Origin: Longimicrobiales bacterium | GTDB lineage: Bacteria; Gemmatimonadota; Gemmatimonadetes; Longimicrobiales; Gaopeijiaceae | Direction of reading: 5' to 3' | Assembly: GCA_965202805.1 (NCBI GenBank) | Contig: OZ241869.1 | Coordinates: forward strand, 2,176,001 to 2,240,000 | DNA: 64,000 bases | Shown: piece after piece, positions 10,020-20,002 of the stretch | How the letters are laid out: each line of letters starts with the position of its first letter | Numbering within the stretch: the first letter of the stretch is position 1 | Made by a program: the position numbers and the translations under genes | The notes under the pieces: generated by a model | Seen by the model: the letters and a program-made list of their open reading frames with translations, nothing else | What the model was told of the DNA's origin: nothing | Databases searched by the model: none

Positions 10020-10142
10020 CTACATGGGTCGGCCCGCCCGACCCCGCATCGGGGCGCAACATGGACACGAGCAGACCTCGACGACGGACTGCCGCCCGCC
10101 GTGGCGTCGGGTATCTTCGTTGTGGCTCCGGATTGCGTACAT
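10020..10142 (-). CDS. Putative Cys-rich leader peptide, 40 aa (MYAIRSHNEDTRRHGGRQSVVEVCSCPCCAPMRGRAGRPM)
   Basis: Four Cys codons within six codons, stop about 33 nt before the terminator hairpin; no obvious SD. Confidence 0.5.
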   Translation of the reverse strand: MYAIRSHNEDTRRHGGRQSVVEVCSCPCCAPMRGRAGRPM

Positions 10143-10329
10143 TGCGAACCGGGGTTCGTCAGCAGGAATACTCGGCCAGCCTCGCAAAACCCAAAATGGA
10201 CCTGAACCGGGGATCGCGCAACGGCGGTCCCGGGAGCGCCGGGCGCCCGAACACGGGAATACCTTGTTGAAGCGACAGATTCCGACAGGCACCCGGGGCT
10301 CGGCAGCGAATGCCCGCTTCAGAACCGTG

Positions 10330-12705
10330 ATGGCACGTGCAGCCCGCGGACCGGCTCCCCCCGGCATTCGAGCGCGCGGATTCACGCACGGACTGCTGGC
10401 GGCATTCGTCCTGCTGCCCGGCGCACTCGCGGCGCAGACCGGCGGTGTGGAAGGGAGGATCCTCGACGCGGACGGGCCGCCCGTCTTCGCCGCCAACCTC
10501 ATGCTCGCACACCCGGCGACACCGGACCAGATCGAGCGCATCGCCGAATCGGATCGCTTCGGCTACTTCCGGATCGAGAGTCTGCTTCCAGGGCAGTACC
10601 TGCTGCGTGTCGAGCGAATCGGATACGGAGAAGTCGTCCAGCCCATCGACATCGTCGCCGACCGGCGCATCGAGGTCGATGTCACGCTGACCGCCTCTCC
10701 GGTTGAGCTCGAAGGCATCTCCGTCAGCACGGCGGAAACCCGCGAGCGCAGCCGCTTCCTGGAGACCGCGGGCGTGACGGTGCGCGAGATTTCGCAGGCG
10801 GAACTGCGTCTCGTGCCCGGACTCGCCGAAGCGGATCCCATCCGGGCGGTCGAGGTTCTGCCCGGGGTGGTGTCCACCTCGGACTTCACGGCGTCGTTCA
10901 ACGTGCGCGGCGGCTCCGCGGATCAGAACCTGATCCTGCTGGACGGCGTGCCCATCTTCAACCCGTTTCACCTGGGCGGCATCTTCTCGGTCTTCAACGC
11001 CGACATGGTGGGCCGGGTCGAGCTGAGCTCGGGCGGCTTCCCCGCCGAGCACGGCGGGCGGGTGTCGTCGCTGCTGCTCGTCGAGAGCGACCCCGGTACC
11101 GACGACTTCAGCGTCCGCGGCGGCGTGTCGCTGCTCGCAGCGCGGGCGGCTCTCGGAGGAAGGGCGCCCGCGGTCCTGGAGCGCACGCTCGGGCTCCAGC
11201 GTCTCAAGTGGCGGGCCTCCGGCCGGCGCTCCTGGTTCGACCAGCTGCCGGGATCGGTTCCCTATCATCTCACGGATTTCCAGGGCGTGGTGGAGGGATG
11301 GACGGCGGGCGGAAGCCGTCTCCTGATCACGGCCTACACGGGCGACGACATCTTCAACCTGACCGACGTCGACGAGGCCGACGAGGACGGTTTCCCCCTG
11401 CGCGCGGCCTGGGAATGGGGCAACGACCTGATCGGGATGCGCTGGACCATGCCTCGCCGCGACGGCGGAGCCTTCGACGTTCGGGCGGGCTACACCCGCT
11501 TCAACTCCCTCCTGGCCTTCCCCGATTTCTCGGATACGGAGTTCAGCAGCGGGATCTCGCAGCTGTCGGTGGGAGCTGAACTCGAACACGCCATGGGTCG
11601 GCAGTGGACGTTCAAGAGCGGGGTTTCCGCGGACCGGATGACGCACCTCAACCTGGTCCGGGCGGGCGGCACCCAATTCACCGACAACTCGGGCATGGGA
11701 TGGCTGGGAGGCGCCTTCGCGCATGCCGAGTGGAGGGGTGGGCTCGCCTGGCTGGTCGAAGCCGGAGTGCGCGCGGACCGCTGGGCGCCCACCCTGGGCG
11801 ATCCCATCAACCAGCTGGCCCCGAGGCTCGCGGTGAAGCGGTTCCTCCGCGGCGGCGACATCGCGGTGAAGGCCGCGGCGGGCCGCTTCACCCAGTTTCT
11901 GCACTCGGCACGGGACGACGAGGTGCCCATCGGCATCGACGTATGGGTGCTCACCGGGCACCTGGCGCCCCACATCGCTTCCGACCAGGCCCAGGTGGGG
12001 GTCGACGCATACTTCCCGGGAGGGTGGTTTGCGTCGCTGGAGGTCTACGAGCGGTTCTTCGATGGCGTCACCACCTTCAACCCGGTCGACGACCCGAACC
12101 GGGGCGACGACGACCTGTTGCCCGGCAGCGGCCGGTCGCGCGGGATCGACCTGTTCCTGCGCAGGACGGGGCAGGGCCTGACCGGCTGGGTGTCGGCCTC
12201 GTGGCTGCGCGCCACGCGCACCTTCCCGAACTACCTGAGCGGCCGCCAGCCCCCGCCCGACCACACCTATCCGCCGATCTTCGACCGCCGGCTGGACCTG
12301 GACGTGGTTCTGCGGGTTCCCCTGCCCGCGGGCATGCGCGGCGGGGTGCGCTGGAACCTGGGGACCGGCCTGCCCTACACCCGGCCCCTGGCCTCCTTCG
12401 TGTACTTCTCTCCGCAGAACGTCTCGGGCGGGCGCCTCACATCGCAGGACGACGAAGCCAACGCCATGTTGCTCGGCCCGCGCAACGGCAACCGCTACCC
12501 GGCGTATCACCGCCTCGACCTCAGCATGCGCCGCACCTTCACCTTCGGCTGGGGCACGCTCACGCCCCACCTCGACGTGCTCAACGTCTACAACCGCAAG
12601 AACGTCCTCTTCTACTTCTTCGACTATTCCGCGGACACGGCGACCCGTTCCGGCCTGTCCATGTTCCCGATTCTGCCCACGGTGGGGGTGGAGGTGACGT
12701 TCTGA
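10330..12705 (+). CDS. TonB-dependent receptor with N-terminal carboxypeptidase-regulatory-like domain
   Basis: Signal peptide, VEGRILD, LPGV..., NVRGGSADQNLILLDG plug, C-terminal Phe. Start is uncertain; the ORF-track extension to 9802 is unlikely. Confidence 0.9.
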   Translation: MARAARGPAPPGIRARGFTHGLLAAFVLLPGALAAQTGGVEGRILDADGPPVFAANLMLAHPATPDQIERIAESDRFGYFRIESLLPGQYLLRVERIGYGEVVQPIDIVADRRIEVDVTLTASPVELEGISVSTAETRERSRFLETAGVTVREISQAELRLVPGLAEADPIRAVEVLPGVVSTSDFTASFNVRGGSADQNLILLDGVPIFNPFHLGGIFSVFNADMVGRVELSSGGFPAEHGGRVSSLLLVESDPGTDDFSVRGGVSLLAARAALGGRAPAVLERTLGLQRLKWRASGRRSWFDQLPGSVPYHLTDFQGVVEGWTAGGSRLLITAYTGDDIFNLTDVDEADEDGFPLRAAWEWGNDLIGMRWTMPRRDGGAFDVRAGYTRFNSLLAFPDFSDTEFSSGISQLSVGAELEHAMGRQWTFKSGVSADRMTHLNLVRAGGTQFTDNSGMGWLGGAFAHAEWRGGLAWLVEAGVRADRWAPTLGDPINQLAPRLAVKRFLRGGDIAVKAAAGRFTQFLHSARDDEVPIGIDVWVLTGHLAPHIASDQAQVGVDAYFPGGWFASLEVYERFFDGVTTFNPVDDPNRGDDDLLPGSGRSRGIDLFLRRTGQGLTGWVSASWLRATRTFPNYLSGRQPPPDHTYPPIFDRRLDLDVVLRVPLPAGMRGGVRWNLGTGLPYTRPLASFVYFSPQNVSGGRLTSQDDEANAMLLGPRNGNRYPAYHRLDLSMRRTFTFGWGTLTPHLDVLNVYNRKNVLFYFFDYSADTATRSGLSMFPILPTVGVEVTF

Positions 12706-13658
12706 TGAGTCCCCGCGGCTTTGGCACCCTGTGCGCGCTGGCGGCCCTTCCGGTGTCGGCGGTGGGGTGCGAACTCCAGGACATCACTGTGGCGCGGTCC
12801 GAGAATGTGGTCGTAGCCGAGATCTACCTCTCATCCGACGTCGACGGAGTCTACGCCACCGCGTGGATCCACAGGACGCTGGGGGGTGCAGCCTCGACGC
12901 AGGAGACTTCTCTTGCGGATGTCTTCGTGCGCGCGGAGTCCCGCGTCTCCACGGTTCGTCTCCTCTCGGCCGAGCCTTCGGTTTGCGCCGGCGACGAGCT
13001 TCCCGAGGACTTCCCGGGGTCGTGCTATTTCTCGGGACCGCTCGATCCCCGCCACTTCGGGCCGGGTTCGTTCGTGGAAGCGATCGTTCGTCTGCCCGAC
13101 GGAGGTCGCATCACGGGACAGACGCGCGTGCCGGGCCCCTACGAACTCCGGAGTCCGCGCACCAATCGCCGCCGGACATGCTGGCTGGAACCGGCCCGAC
13201 GCCTCAACGTGGAATGGACCCGCGCCGAAGGCGCGTGGGCCTACATTTCCGAGACGCAGATCATCAACCTCACTGCAGCGCTCGAGGACGCGAACGTCGA
13301 AGTAGAGGAAGATCCGCTGCTCCTGGTCGGTCTGTCCGTATCGGAAGCGGACACCACCATCGTATTCCCCTCGGAATTCGGCCTGTTCGACCGTCCCAAC
13401 CTGGGGCGCGATCTGGCATTGGTTCTGCAAGAGGGACTACCTTTCGGAACGCAGGCGGAAGTAGTGATCGCGGCCGCCGACCGAAACTACGTCAACTGGG
13501 TACGGCGCGGCGCCTTCAACCCGTCGGGCATCGTTCGCGTTCCCAGCCTCCACGGGGACGGCACGGGCGTATTCGGGTCGGTCGTGCGCCAGCGCTTCAC
13601 GGTCGATGCGGGTCTGGACCTCCCAAGACCGGGACCCTGTGAGCCGGTGGAGCCGTAG
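12705..13658 (+). CDS. Outer-membrane lipoprotein partner of the TonB receptor (DUF4249-like)
   Basis: TGATG overlap with receptor stop, lipobox-like AVGC, C-terminal SLHGDGTGVFGS. Confidence 0.65.
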   Translation: MSPRGFGTLCALAALPVSAVGCELQDITVARSENVVVAEIYLSSDVDGVYATAWIHRTLGGAASTQETSLADVFVRAESRVSTVRLLSAEPSVCAGDELPEDFPGSCYFSGPLDPRHFGPGSFVEAIVRLPDGGRITGQTRVPGPYELRSPRTNRRRTCWLEPARRLNVEWTRAEGAWAYISETQIINLTAALEDANVEVEEDPLLLVGLSVSEADTTIVFPSEFGLFDRPNLGRDLALVLQEGLPFGTQAEVVIAAADRNYVNWVRRGAFNPSGIVRVPSLHGDGTGVFGSVVRQRFTVDAGLDLPRPGPCEPVEP

Positions 13659-13729
13659 AACGATGACCAGGCCGGGACATCCCTTTACATCCCCTGCCGT
13701 GTCCGCAACAAGAGCTACGAGAGGAGAAG

Positions 13730-14833
13730 ATGGCGAACATAATCATCCCGCCCGGCTGGCGAATCCCGGAATCTGAAGCGACACCCCACGGGGTATATCT
13801 GCGGCGTCGGGAATTCGTGCGCACGCTGGGTCTCGGGGTGGCCGCGCTGGGGTCGGCGGCGTGCGGGTCGAAGTTCATCGCGAACGAAGAAGATCCCGTG
13901 GAGCCGGAACCGCCGCCGGATCCGTCGGATCCGACGGACCCCACCCAGCCCGTCGATCCGCCGGACACCGGGGCCTGGACCTGCGACGACGATCCACCGC
14001 GGGACCCGCTTCACACCATCTGCCCCTCTCCCAACGCCGACCTCTATCCGCCGGAGCGCAACACCACCTACACCCTCGGCTCGCGGGCGATCACGGACCG
14101 CGGCGTCGTTTCGACGTACAACAACTACTACGAATTCAGGGTCGGGGCCGGGAACATCTGGCGCCTGACCGGTCCCTTCCGGGTTCGTCCCTGGACGGTG
14201 ACCTTCTCCGGACTGTGCAACGCCCCGGCCACCTGGGATGTCGACGAGCTCGAGCGCATGTTCGGCATCGAGGAGCGGCTCTACCGCCTGCGCTGCGTCG
14301 AGACCTGGGCGATAGCCGTCCCCTGGGCCGGCTATCCCCTGCGCAAGCTGATCGAACTGGCCGAGCCCAACTCATCGGCCACCCATGTCGCCTTTCGCAG
14401 TTACCTGCGGCCCGAGCAGGCGATCGGGCAGGAGAGCGGGCAGTACCCGTGGCCCTATTACGAAGCGCTGCGCCTCGACGAGGCCATGAACGAGCTCGCC
14501 TTCGTGGTGACCGGCGCCTACGGCGAGCCCCTGCCCAAGCAGAACGGGGCCCCGCTACGGCTCGCACTGCCATGGAAGTACGGTTACAAGAGCGCCAAGG
14601 GCTTTCTGGAGGTGGAGTTCACCGACACCCAGCCGGGGACCTTCTGGTCGGATATTTCGCCGACCCAGTACGGGTTCTACTCCAACGTCAATCCCGACGT
14701 GGGAACCCCCTGGTCACAAGCCAACGAGCGCCACCTGCCCGGCAACACGTCCCAGCCGACGGAGCTCTTCAACGGCTACGGGGAGTTCGTGGCCGACCTG
14801 TACGATGCCGAGCTGCTGACCCGCGTAAGCTAG
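13730..14833 (+). CDS. msrP: Protein-methionine-sulfoxide reductase catalytic subunit MsrP (YedY-like molybdoenzyme)
   Basis: SEATP..YLRRREF Tat motif, YNNYYEF, YRLRCVETW, LRLDEAMNEL, QNGAPLRLALPWKYGYKS, YGFYSNVNP, FNGY. Confidence 0.9.
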   Translation: MANIIIPPGWRIPESEATPHGVYLRRREFVRTLGLGVAALGSAACGSKFIANEEDPVEPEPPPDPSDPTDPTQPVDPPDTGAWTCDDDPPRDPLHTICPSPNADLYPPERNTTYTLGSRAITDRGVVSTYNNYYEFRVGAGNIWRLTGPFRVRPWTVTFSGLCNAPATWDVDELERMFGIEERLYRLRCVETWAIAVPWAGYPLRKLIELAEPNSSATHVAFRSYLRPEQAIGQESGQYPWPYYEALRLDEAMNELAFVVTGAYGEPLPKQNGAPLRLALPWKYGYKSAKGFLEVEFTDTQPGTFWSDISPTQYGFYSNVNPDVGTPWSQANERHLPGNTSQPTELFNGYGEFVADLYDAELLTRVS

Positions 14834-14932
14834 TGCCAGCCCGGACCGGACTCCGGCCAGAGTGCCCGGACCGGGGCGAACAGGCTTGCTACAGGAAGGT
14901 GGCTTGAGCCGCCGCGCGCGTCGCAGGGCGCC

Positions 14933-15790
14933 CTAGAGCGAGAGACGGGTGAAGTAGCCCACCACGATCTCGGGACCGGTGGCAAGGTTCTGGCCGGACA
15001 GGGGCAGCCGGGAACCCAGCTCCACCTGCCCGGGACCCGCGGTTACCAGCAGCGCCGGGTAGAGCCGCACCATCTCGCGCTTCTGTCCCGCCCCCCCGAG
15101 TCCCACGGCTGTGAACGCTCCGCCGTACCACCCCTCAAACTGGATCTTGAAGCCCAGCACGTCGCCACCACCCCCGAAGCTCACGTTAAAGAAACGCTCG
15201 TCGCCGAAGTCGCTTCCGTCCTCCTTCGCCTCACGCCAGCGGTAGCCGGCCCAGCCCTGCGCATAGAAGGGCCGCGGCCAGAAGGAGTGTCCCACCTCCG
15301 CCAGCACTTCCCAGTCGCGCTGACCGTCCCCCAGCGGGATGAGGTTGGTTCCGGATTCGAAATTGGTGGGAAGCTTGGTGCCTGCACGGATGGCGAAGGG
15401 GAAGTCGCTGCCCAGAAGCCGCAGCGGAGCCGTGCGCACGTACACGCGGGTATCGCCGAATCCCCACGAAATACGGGTGCCTTCAAGGTTGGCGAACTCG
15501 AGGCGGTGGTAGGACGGCTGAACCCAGATGTCCACGCCGGGAGCGATGCCCATCGCGATCGTCAGGAAGGAGGACGCCGTCTGCGCGTGACCGTCCAGAA
15601 CGATATCGCGGACGTCGCCGGTGGGGCTGAATTCTTCGCGGGTGTCGAGATAGTACATCGCGAAGGAGGCCCACCCCTGGCGCTCGGGCTCAATCCACTG
15701 ACCGCGTACCGGCGAGGCCAGGAGCGAGAGCGTGAGAGCCGCCAGGGCGAGGCCGCGATGGATGACCGGGGCGTGTATCGATTGAGTCAT
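14933..15790 (-). CDS. Putative small outer-membrane beta-barrel protein, paralogue B
   Basis: Signal peptide, GFGDTR, PLGDGQRDWE, amphipathic strands. Confidence 0.6.
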   Translation of the reverse strand: MTQSIHAPVIHRGLALAALTLSLLASPVRGQWIEPERQGWASFAMYYLDTREEFSPTGDVRDIVLDGHAQTASSFLTIAMGIAPGVDIWVQPSYHRLEFANLEGTRISWGFGDTRVYVRTAPLRLLGSDFPFAIRAGTKLPTNFESGTNLIPLGDGQRDWEVLAEVGHSFWPRPFYAQGWAGYRWREAKEDGSDFGDERFFNVSFGGGGDVLGFKIQFEGWYGGAFTAVGLGGAGQKREMVRLYPALLVTAGPGQVELGSRLPLSGQNLATGPEIVVGYFTRLSL

Positions 15791-15938
15791 GGCGTATCGT
15801 GCGACGCTGTATGGGGAGTGGAAGGCTCGGCCGGTTTGCGCCCGACCGGGTGAACGGGCCGCTGGCCGGGTGAAAGGGCCGTCGTCGGCCGCTCTGCCGC
15901 AAAACAGGGGCACAATCCGTGCCACGGTGGATGGCGGG

Positions 15939-16844
15939 TCACGTCTCCGCCCGTAACCTTACAAAATAGCCGATCACCAGCGTGTTGCCAGCCGGCAGGT
16001 TGGTGCCGCGCACCGGAATCTGCACTCCGGCCTTCGCCGAACCCGCCCCCAGCCGGTAGCTGACTGAAGGCGTAAGGCGCAGCATCGAACGGGACGCCGT
16101 GGCGATCGAGAGTCCCTCGATGACCGGAACGCCGCCGTCCCAGCCTTCGGCGATGAGGCTCGCCCCAAGGCGCCCGAATTCGGTTCCGCCGGAGAGCAGG
16201 AAGAACACCTCATCGCCGAAGTCCCTCCGCGACTCCAGGTTCTCCTCCCGCCAGCGATGGCCGATCCAGGCGCTCACATACGCGGGTACGGGATAGAAGG
16301 AATGGCCCAGCTCGAGAACCAGCTCCCAGTCTCTTTGTCCGTCTCCGAGCGGAATGACTTCGGCATCCACGGCGAAATCGCCGACGGGGACCTTCGCCCC
16401 GCCCCTGATCGCCAACGGGAACCCGCTGCCGAGATAGCGGCCGGGCTGTACGCGCAGGTAGAAGCGCGTGTCGCCGATGCCCGAGCGCAGCCGGTCGCCG
16501 CCCAGGTCGTCGAAGCGGAGGCGCTGGAACGGCACCTGCACCCAGGCGTCGACTCCGGGAACCAGCCCCATCGCGACCGTGGCGAACGCGGATGTGCTGA
16601 CCGCGTGCCCCTGCGTGAAGGGGTCGAAGGCCCTGATGTCACCGTCCGAGTGGAAGGCCTCTCGCGTGTCCAGGTGAAAGACCGAGACGTCCATCCAGCC
16701 CCGGCCGGGCGGCTCGACCCACTGGGCGCCCGCCTCTGTGACGCGGCCCGCCAGGATCATGGCCGTCATGAAAGCCGCAACGAGCAAGTCCCCCCCGGTC
16801 CGGGAGCGAGAGCCGGGGGATGCGGCAGGCCGGCTCCGCATCAC
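15939..16844 (-). CDS. Putative small outer-membrane beta-barrel protein, paralogue A
   Basis: Signal peptide, GIGDTR, PLGDGQRDWE; clearly homologous to the adjacent gene. Confidence 0.6.
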   Translation of the reverse strand: MMRSRPAASPGSRSRTGGDLLVAAFMTAMILAGRVTEAGAQWVEPPGRGWMDVSVFHLDTREAFHSDGDIRAFDPFTQGHAVSTSAFATVAMGLVPGVDAWVQVPFQRLRFDDLGGDRLRSGIGDTRFYLRVQPGRYLGSGFPLAIRGGAKVPVGDFAVDAEVIPLGDGQRDWELVLELGHSFYPVPAYVSAWIGHRWREENLESRRDFGDEVFFLLSGGTEFGRLGASLIAEGWDGGVPVIEGLSIATASRSMLRLTPSVSYRLGAGSAKAGVQIPVRGTNLPAGNTLVIGYFVRLRAET

Positions 16845-17359
16845 GGACCGCTGATCTGGACCGTCACCGTGGCGGACTGCGAATCTCCGGCCACCGTGGA
16901 TACGGTCGCGCGCGCCACGTAGGTGCCGGGTTCCTCGTAGGCGTAGTCGAAGTGGCCAGCCTGTGTGTTGATGTTGACCGGCGCCCCGCCGGTGTAGATG
17001 AACGGGACTGTCTCCATTTCTCCCGTACCGTATTCCACCACGGTCTGGGACAGGTTGGTGCCCCGCGACTCGTAGCGGAACCGGATCTCCTGGCCCACGG
17101 CCGCGCTCTCCTGGCTCACGGTCAGGTTGACGGTCAGCGGCTGGGGCTCAAGGGGCGGGTTCAGGCACGAGACGAGGAAGAGCGTGCACGCTCCCGGCGC
17201 CAGGAGCCGATACCGGGGGAGCCTCCGGGCGGGCCATCCGCGAGATGCCCGGGGAACTGTGGAGCCGCGAGTCCCGCCCCTGCGACCGGCGGCCTCGGCG
17301 TGCGTGCTTCTCGCCGGAGCGGCGCCCTCGGCGGAACCGGGCATGGATTGGCTGAACAT
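16841..17359 (-). CDS. Hypothetical lipoprotein with PKD/Ig-like domain
   Basis: Lipobox LVSC, EYGTG, YAYEEPGTYVARATV; 4-nt overlap with the next gene; start uncertain. Confidence 0.6.
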   Translation of the reverse strand: MFSQSMPGSAEGAAPARSTHAEAAGRRGGTRGSTVPRASRGWPARRLPRYRLLAPGACTLFLVSCLNPPLEPQPLTVNLTVSQESAAVGQEIRFRYESRGTNLSQTVVEYGTGEMETVPFIYTGGAPVNINTQAGHFDYAYEEPGTYVARATVSTVAGDSQSATVTVQISGP

Positions 17360-17545
17360 CGTAGACCTGCCTCTCTGTATTCCTTGGTCCGCGCGTGGTG
17401 GCGAACACATCTGTCGAAACCTATGTTAGTCGTAGGAAATTGTCTGCATCTCAGACCTGCGAGATCAGGCCGGTCCGACCGGGTGGTTTGTGTCCTCCCG
17501 GCGGGCCGGGCCGGTGGCGCATGTCCGCGATCCGGAGGCCACGGA

Positions 17546-19972
17546 ATGAATGTACTCTATGGCGCCACGGCCGCCCTGGGCGTCGCCCTGCTGGTCGGAG
17601 CGAGCGGAAACGGCTTCTTGACGGACGCGCCGCCCGCTCCGGCACCTCCCGCGGCCCACACGGCCGCCGCCGCCGACCTCCCCGCCGCCACGCTCACCGA
17701 GGTGGTGGCCCGGTACTGCCAGGTCTGCCACAACGACGCCCTCCTGACCGGCAACATGACCCTGTCGGGCTTCCAGGTGGAGGCGGCCGCCCAGAACGCC
17801 GAAACCGCAGAGCGCATGATCCGCAAGCTGCGTGCCGGCATGATGCCCCCGCCCGGCATGCCCCGCCCCGCCGGCGACACCCTGCTGGCCCTGGTCGAGA
17901 CGCTCGAGAACACCATCGACGACGCCGCGCGCCGCAACCCCAACCCCGGAGGGCGCACCTTCCAGCGGCTCAACCGGGCGGAATACGCGCAGTCGGTAAA
18001 GGACCTGCTCGGCCTCGAGATCGACGCCGGCGAATACCTCCCCCTGGACACCAAGAGCGCCAACTTCGACAACATCGCCGACGTGCAGATGCTCTCGCCG
18101 ACGCTGCTCGAGGCGTACCTCAACGCGGCCAGCGAGATCAGCCGGCTGGCGATCGGAGACCGCGAAGCATCGCCGCGGGAGGTGGCCTACAAGGTCGAGA
18201 AGCGCGCTTCACAGCTCGTCCATGTGGAGGGCACCCCCTACGGCTCGCGTGGCGGCATCGCCATCAACCACACCTTCCCGGCGGACGGGGAGTACGTGTT
18301 CTGGATGCAGTTCCACGGCGTGGGCGGAAGGGCAGCCGGCGAGAAGATCGAGATCTCCTTCGACGGCGAGCGGGTCGCCCTTCTGGACGTGAACCTGCGC
18401 GGCGGGACGGAGAACGAGCAGCAGGGCCGGGAGATGGTCACCGACCCCATCTTCGTGCGCGCCGGTCCGCGCAGCGTGTCCGCGGCGTTCGTCAGGACCT
18501 TCGAGGGACCGGTAGAGGAAGTGCGCGCGCCGCTCGGCCGCGCCGTCAACAGCGGCTGGCCCGACCTGGCGCTCACCACCGTGCCGCACCTGCGCGAGTT
18601 CGCGGTGCGCGGACCCTTCAGCGTCACCGGCGTATCGGAGACGCCGAGCCGGCAGAAGATCTTCAGTTGCCGCCCGACCGCTCCGGACGAAGCGCCCACA
18701 TGCGCGCGCAGCATCTTCTCGCGTCTGGCCACGGAAGCCTACAGGCGTCCCGCCAGCGGGAGCGACGTCGCCGACCTGATGGCCTTCTACGAGATCGGCG
18801 CCGACGAGGGCGGCTTCGAGCGCGGCGTCCGCTTCGCGCTGCAGGCCTTGCTGGCGAGCCCGCATTTCGTCTTCCGCTTCGAGGAACCGCCCTCGGGCAC
18901 GCGGGCCGGCGAGGAATACGAACTCGACGGCGCCGCCGTCGCCTCGCGGCTGTCCTTCTTCCTCTGGGGCTCTCCCCCGGATGAAGAGCTCATGGAGGCT
19001 GCCCGCCGCGGGAGGCTGGACGACGACGACGTACTCGAACGGCAGGTGCGCCGAATGCTGGCGGATCCGCGCGCCGAAGCCCTTTCGACCCGCTTCGCGT
19101 CGCAGTGGCTGCGTCTGCAGGATCTGGAGAAGGTGTCGCCCGACATCTACACCTTCCCGTACTTCGACATGACGCTGTCGGACGCGATGCGGCGGGAGAC
19201 CGAGCTCTTCTTCCAGCATCTCGTGCAGGAGGACCGCAGCCTGCTGGACATTCTCACGGCGGACTACACCTTCGTGAACGAGCGGCTGGCCGCGCACTAC
19301 GGGATGCCCGGCGTGGCCGGCAATGACTTCCGGCGCGTCGCCTATCCGGACGGCAGCCGCAGCGGGCTCCTCGGACAGGGCAGCATCCTCATGCTCACCT
19401 CGATGGCCAACCGCACCTCGCCCGTGCTGCGGGGCAAGTGGGTCATGGAAGTGCTTCTGGACGCTCCGCCTCCGCCTCCGCCGCCCGATGTTCCCGCCCT
19501 GGAGGCCATCGAAGGAACCGAGGAAGGCAAGGTCCTGACCACGCGCGAGCGCATGGAGAAGCACCGGGCCAGCCCGGTCTGCCAGGCCTGCCACCAGTTC
19601 ATGGACCCCATCGGTCTGGCGCTCGACAACTTCGACGTCACCGGGGAGTGGCGCGTGCGCGAGTACGGGATGCCGCTCGACACCCGGGGAACCTTCTACG
19701 ACGGAACCACCGTGGCGAGCCCGGGCGATCTGCGCGACGTGCTTCTCAAGCGCCCCATCCCCATCGTGCGCGCCTTTGCCAAGAACCTGATGGCGTACGC
19801 GCTCGGGCGCCGCGTGATGCACTACGACCAGCCTGCGATCCGCGAAATCACGCGCGAGGCGGAGGCCAATGACTACCGGATGTCGTCGTTCATACTGGGC
19901 GTGGTCCAGAGCGACGCGTTCTCCATGAAGCGTACGGATGCGCTCCTGACGGAGGAGACGTCATCCAACTGA
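17546..19972 (+). CDS. DUF1592-type di-haem c protein, copy 2
   Basis: GGAGG SD, MNVLYGAT signal peptide, CQVCH, CQACH, same motifs as copy 1. Confidence 0.9.
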   Translation: MNVLYGATAALGVALLVGASGNGFLTDAPPAPAPPAAHTAAAADLPAATLTEVVARYCQVCHNDALLTGNMTLSGFQVEAAAQNAETAERMIRKLRAGMMPPPGMPRPAGDTLLALVETLENTIDDAARRNPNPGGRTFQRLNRAEYAQSVKDLLGLEIDAGEYLPLDTKSANFDNIADVQMLSPTLLEAYLNAASEISRLAIGDREASPREVAYKVEKRASQLVHVEGTPYGSRGGIAINHTFPADGEYVFWMQFHGVGGRAAGEKIEISFDGERVALLDVNLRGGTENEQQGREMVTDPIFVRAGPRSVSAAFVRTFEGPVEEVRAPLGRAVNSGWPDLALTTVPHLREFAVRGPFSVTGVSETPSRQKIFSCRPTAPDEAPTCARSIFSRLATEAYRRPASGSDVADLMAFYEIGADEGGFERGVRFALQALLASPHFVFRFEEPPSGTRAGEEYELDGAAVASRLSFFLWGSPPDEELMEAARRGRLDDDDVLERQVRRMLADPRAEALSTRFASQWLRLQDLEKVSPDIYTFPYFDMTLSDAMRRETELFFQHLVQEDRSLLDILTADYTFVNERLAAHYGMPGVAGNDFRRVAYPDGSRSGLLGQGSILMLTSMANRTSPVLRGKWVMEVLLDAPPPPPPPDVPALEAIEGTEEGKVLTTRERMEKHRASPVCQACHQFMDPIGLALDNFDVTGEWRVREYGMPLDTRGTFYDGTTVASPGDLRDVLLKRPIPIVRAFAKNLMAYALGRRVMHYDQPAIREITREAEANDYRMSSFILGVVQSDAFSMKRTDALLTEETSSN

Positions 19973-20002
19973 AGCGGGGCTAACGTCCCGGGAGGCAAAT
20001 CG

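Noticed and set aside
9802..10329. ORF-track N-terminal extensions (TonB receptor from 9802; also from 11604, 16820, 26472, 49654 and 50580)
   Set aside because: They overlap other genes or regulatory elements. Signal peptides, SD sites and stop-start coupling point to later starts.
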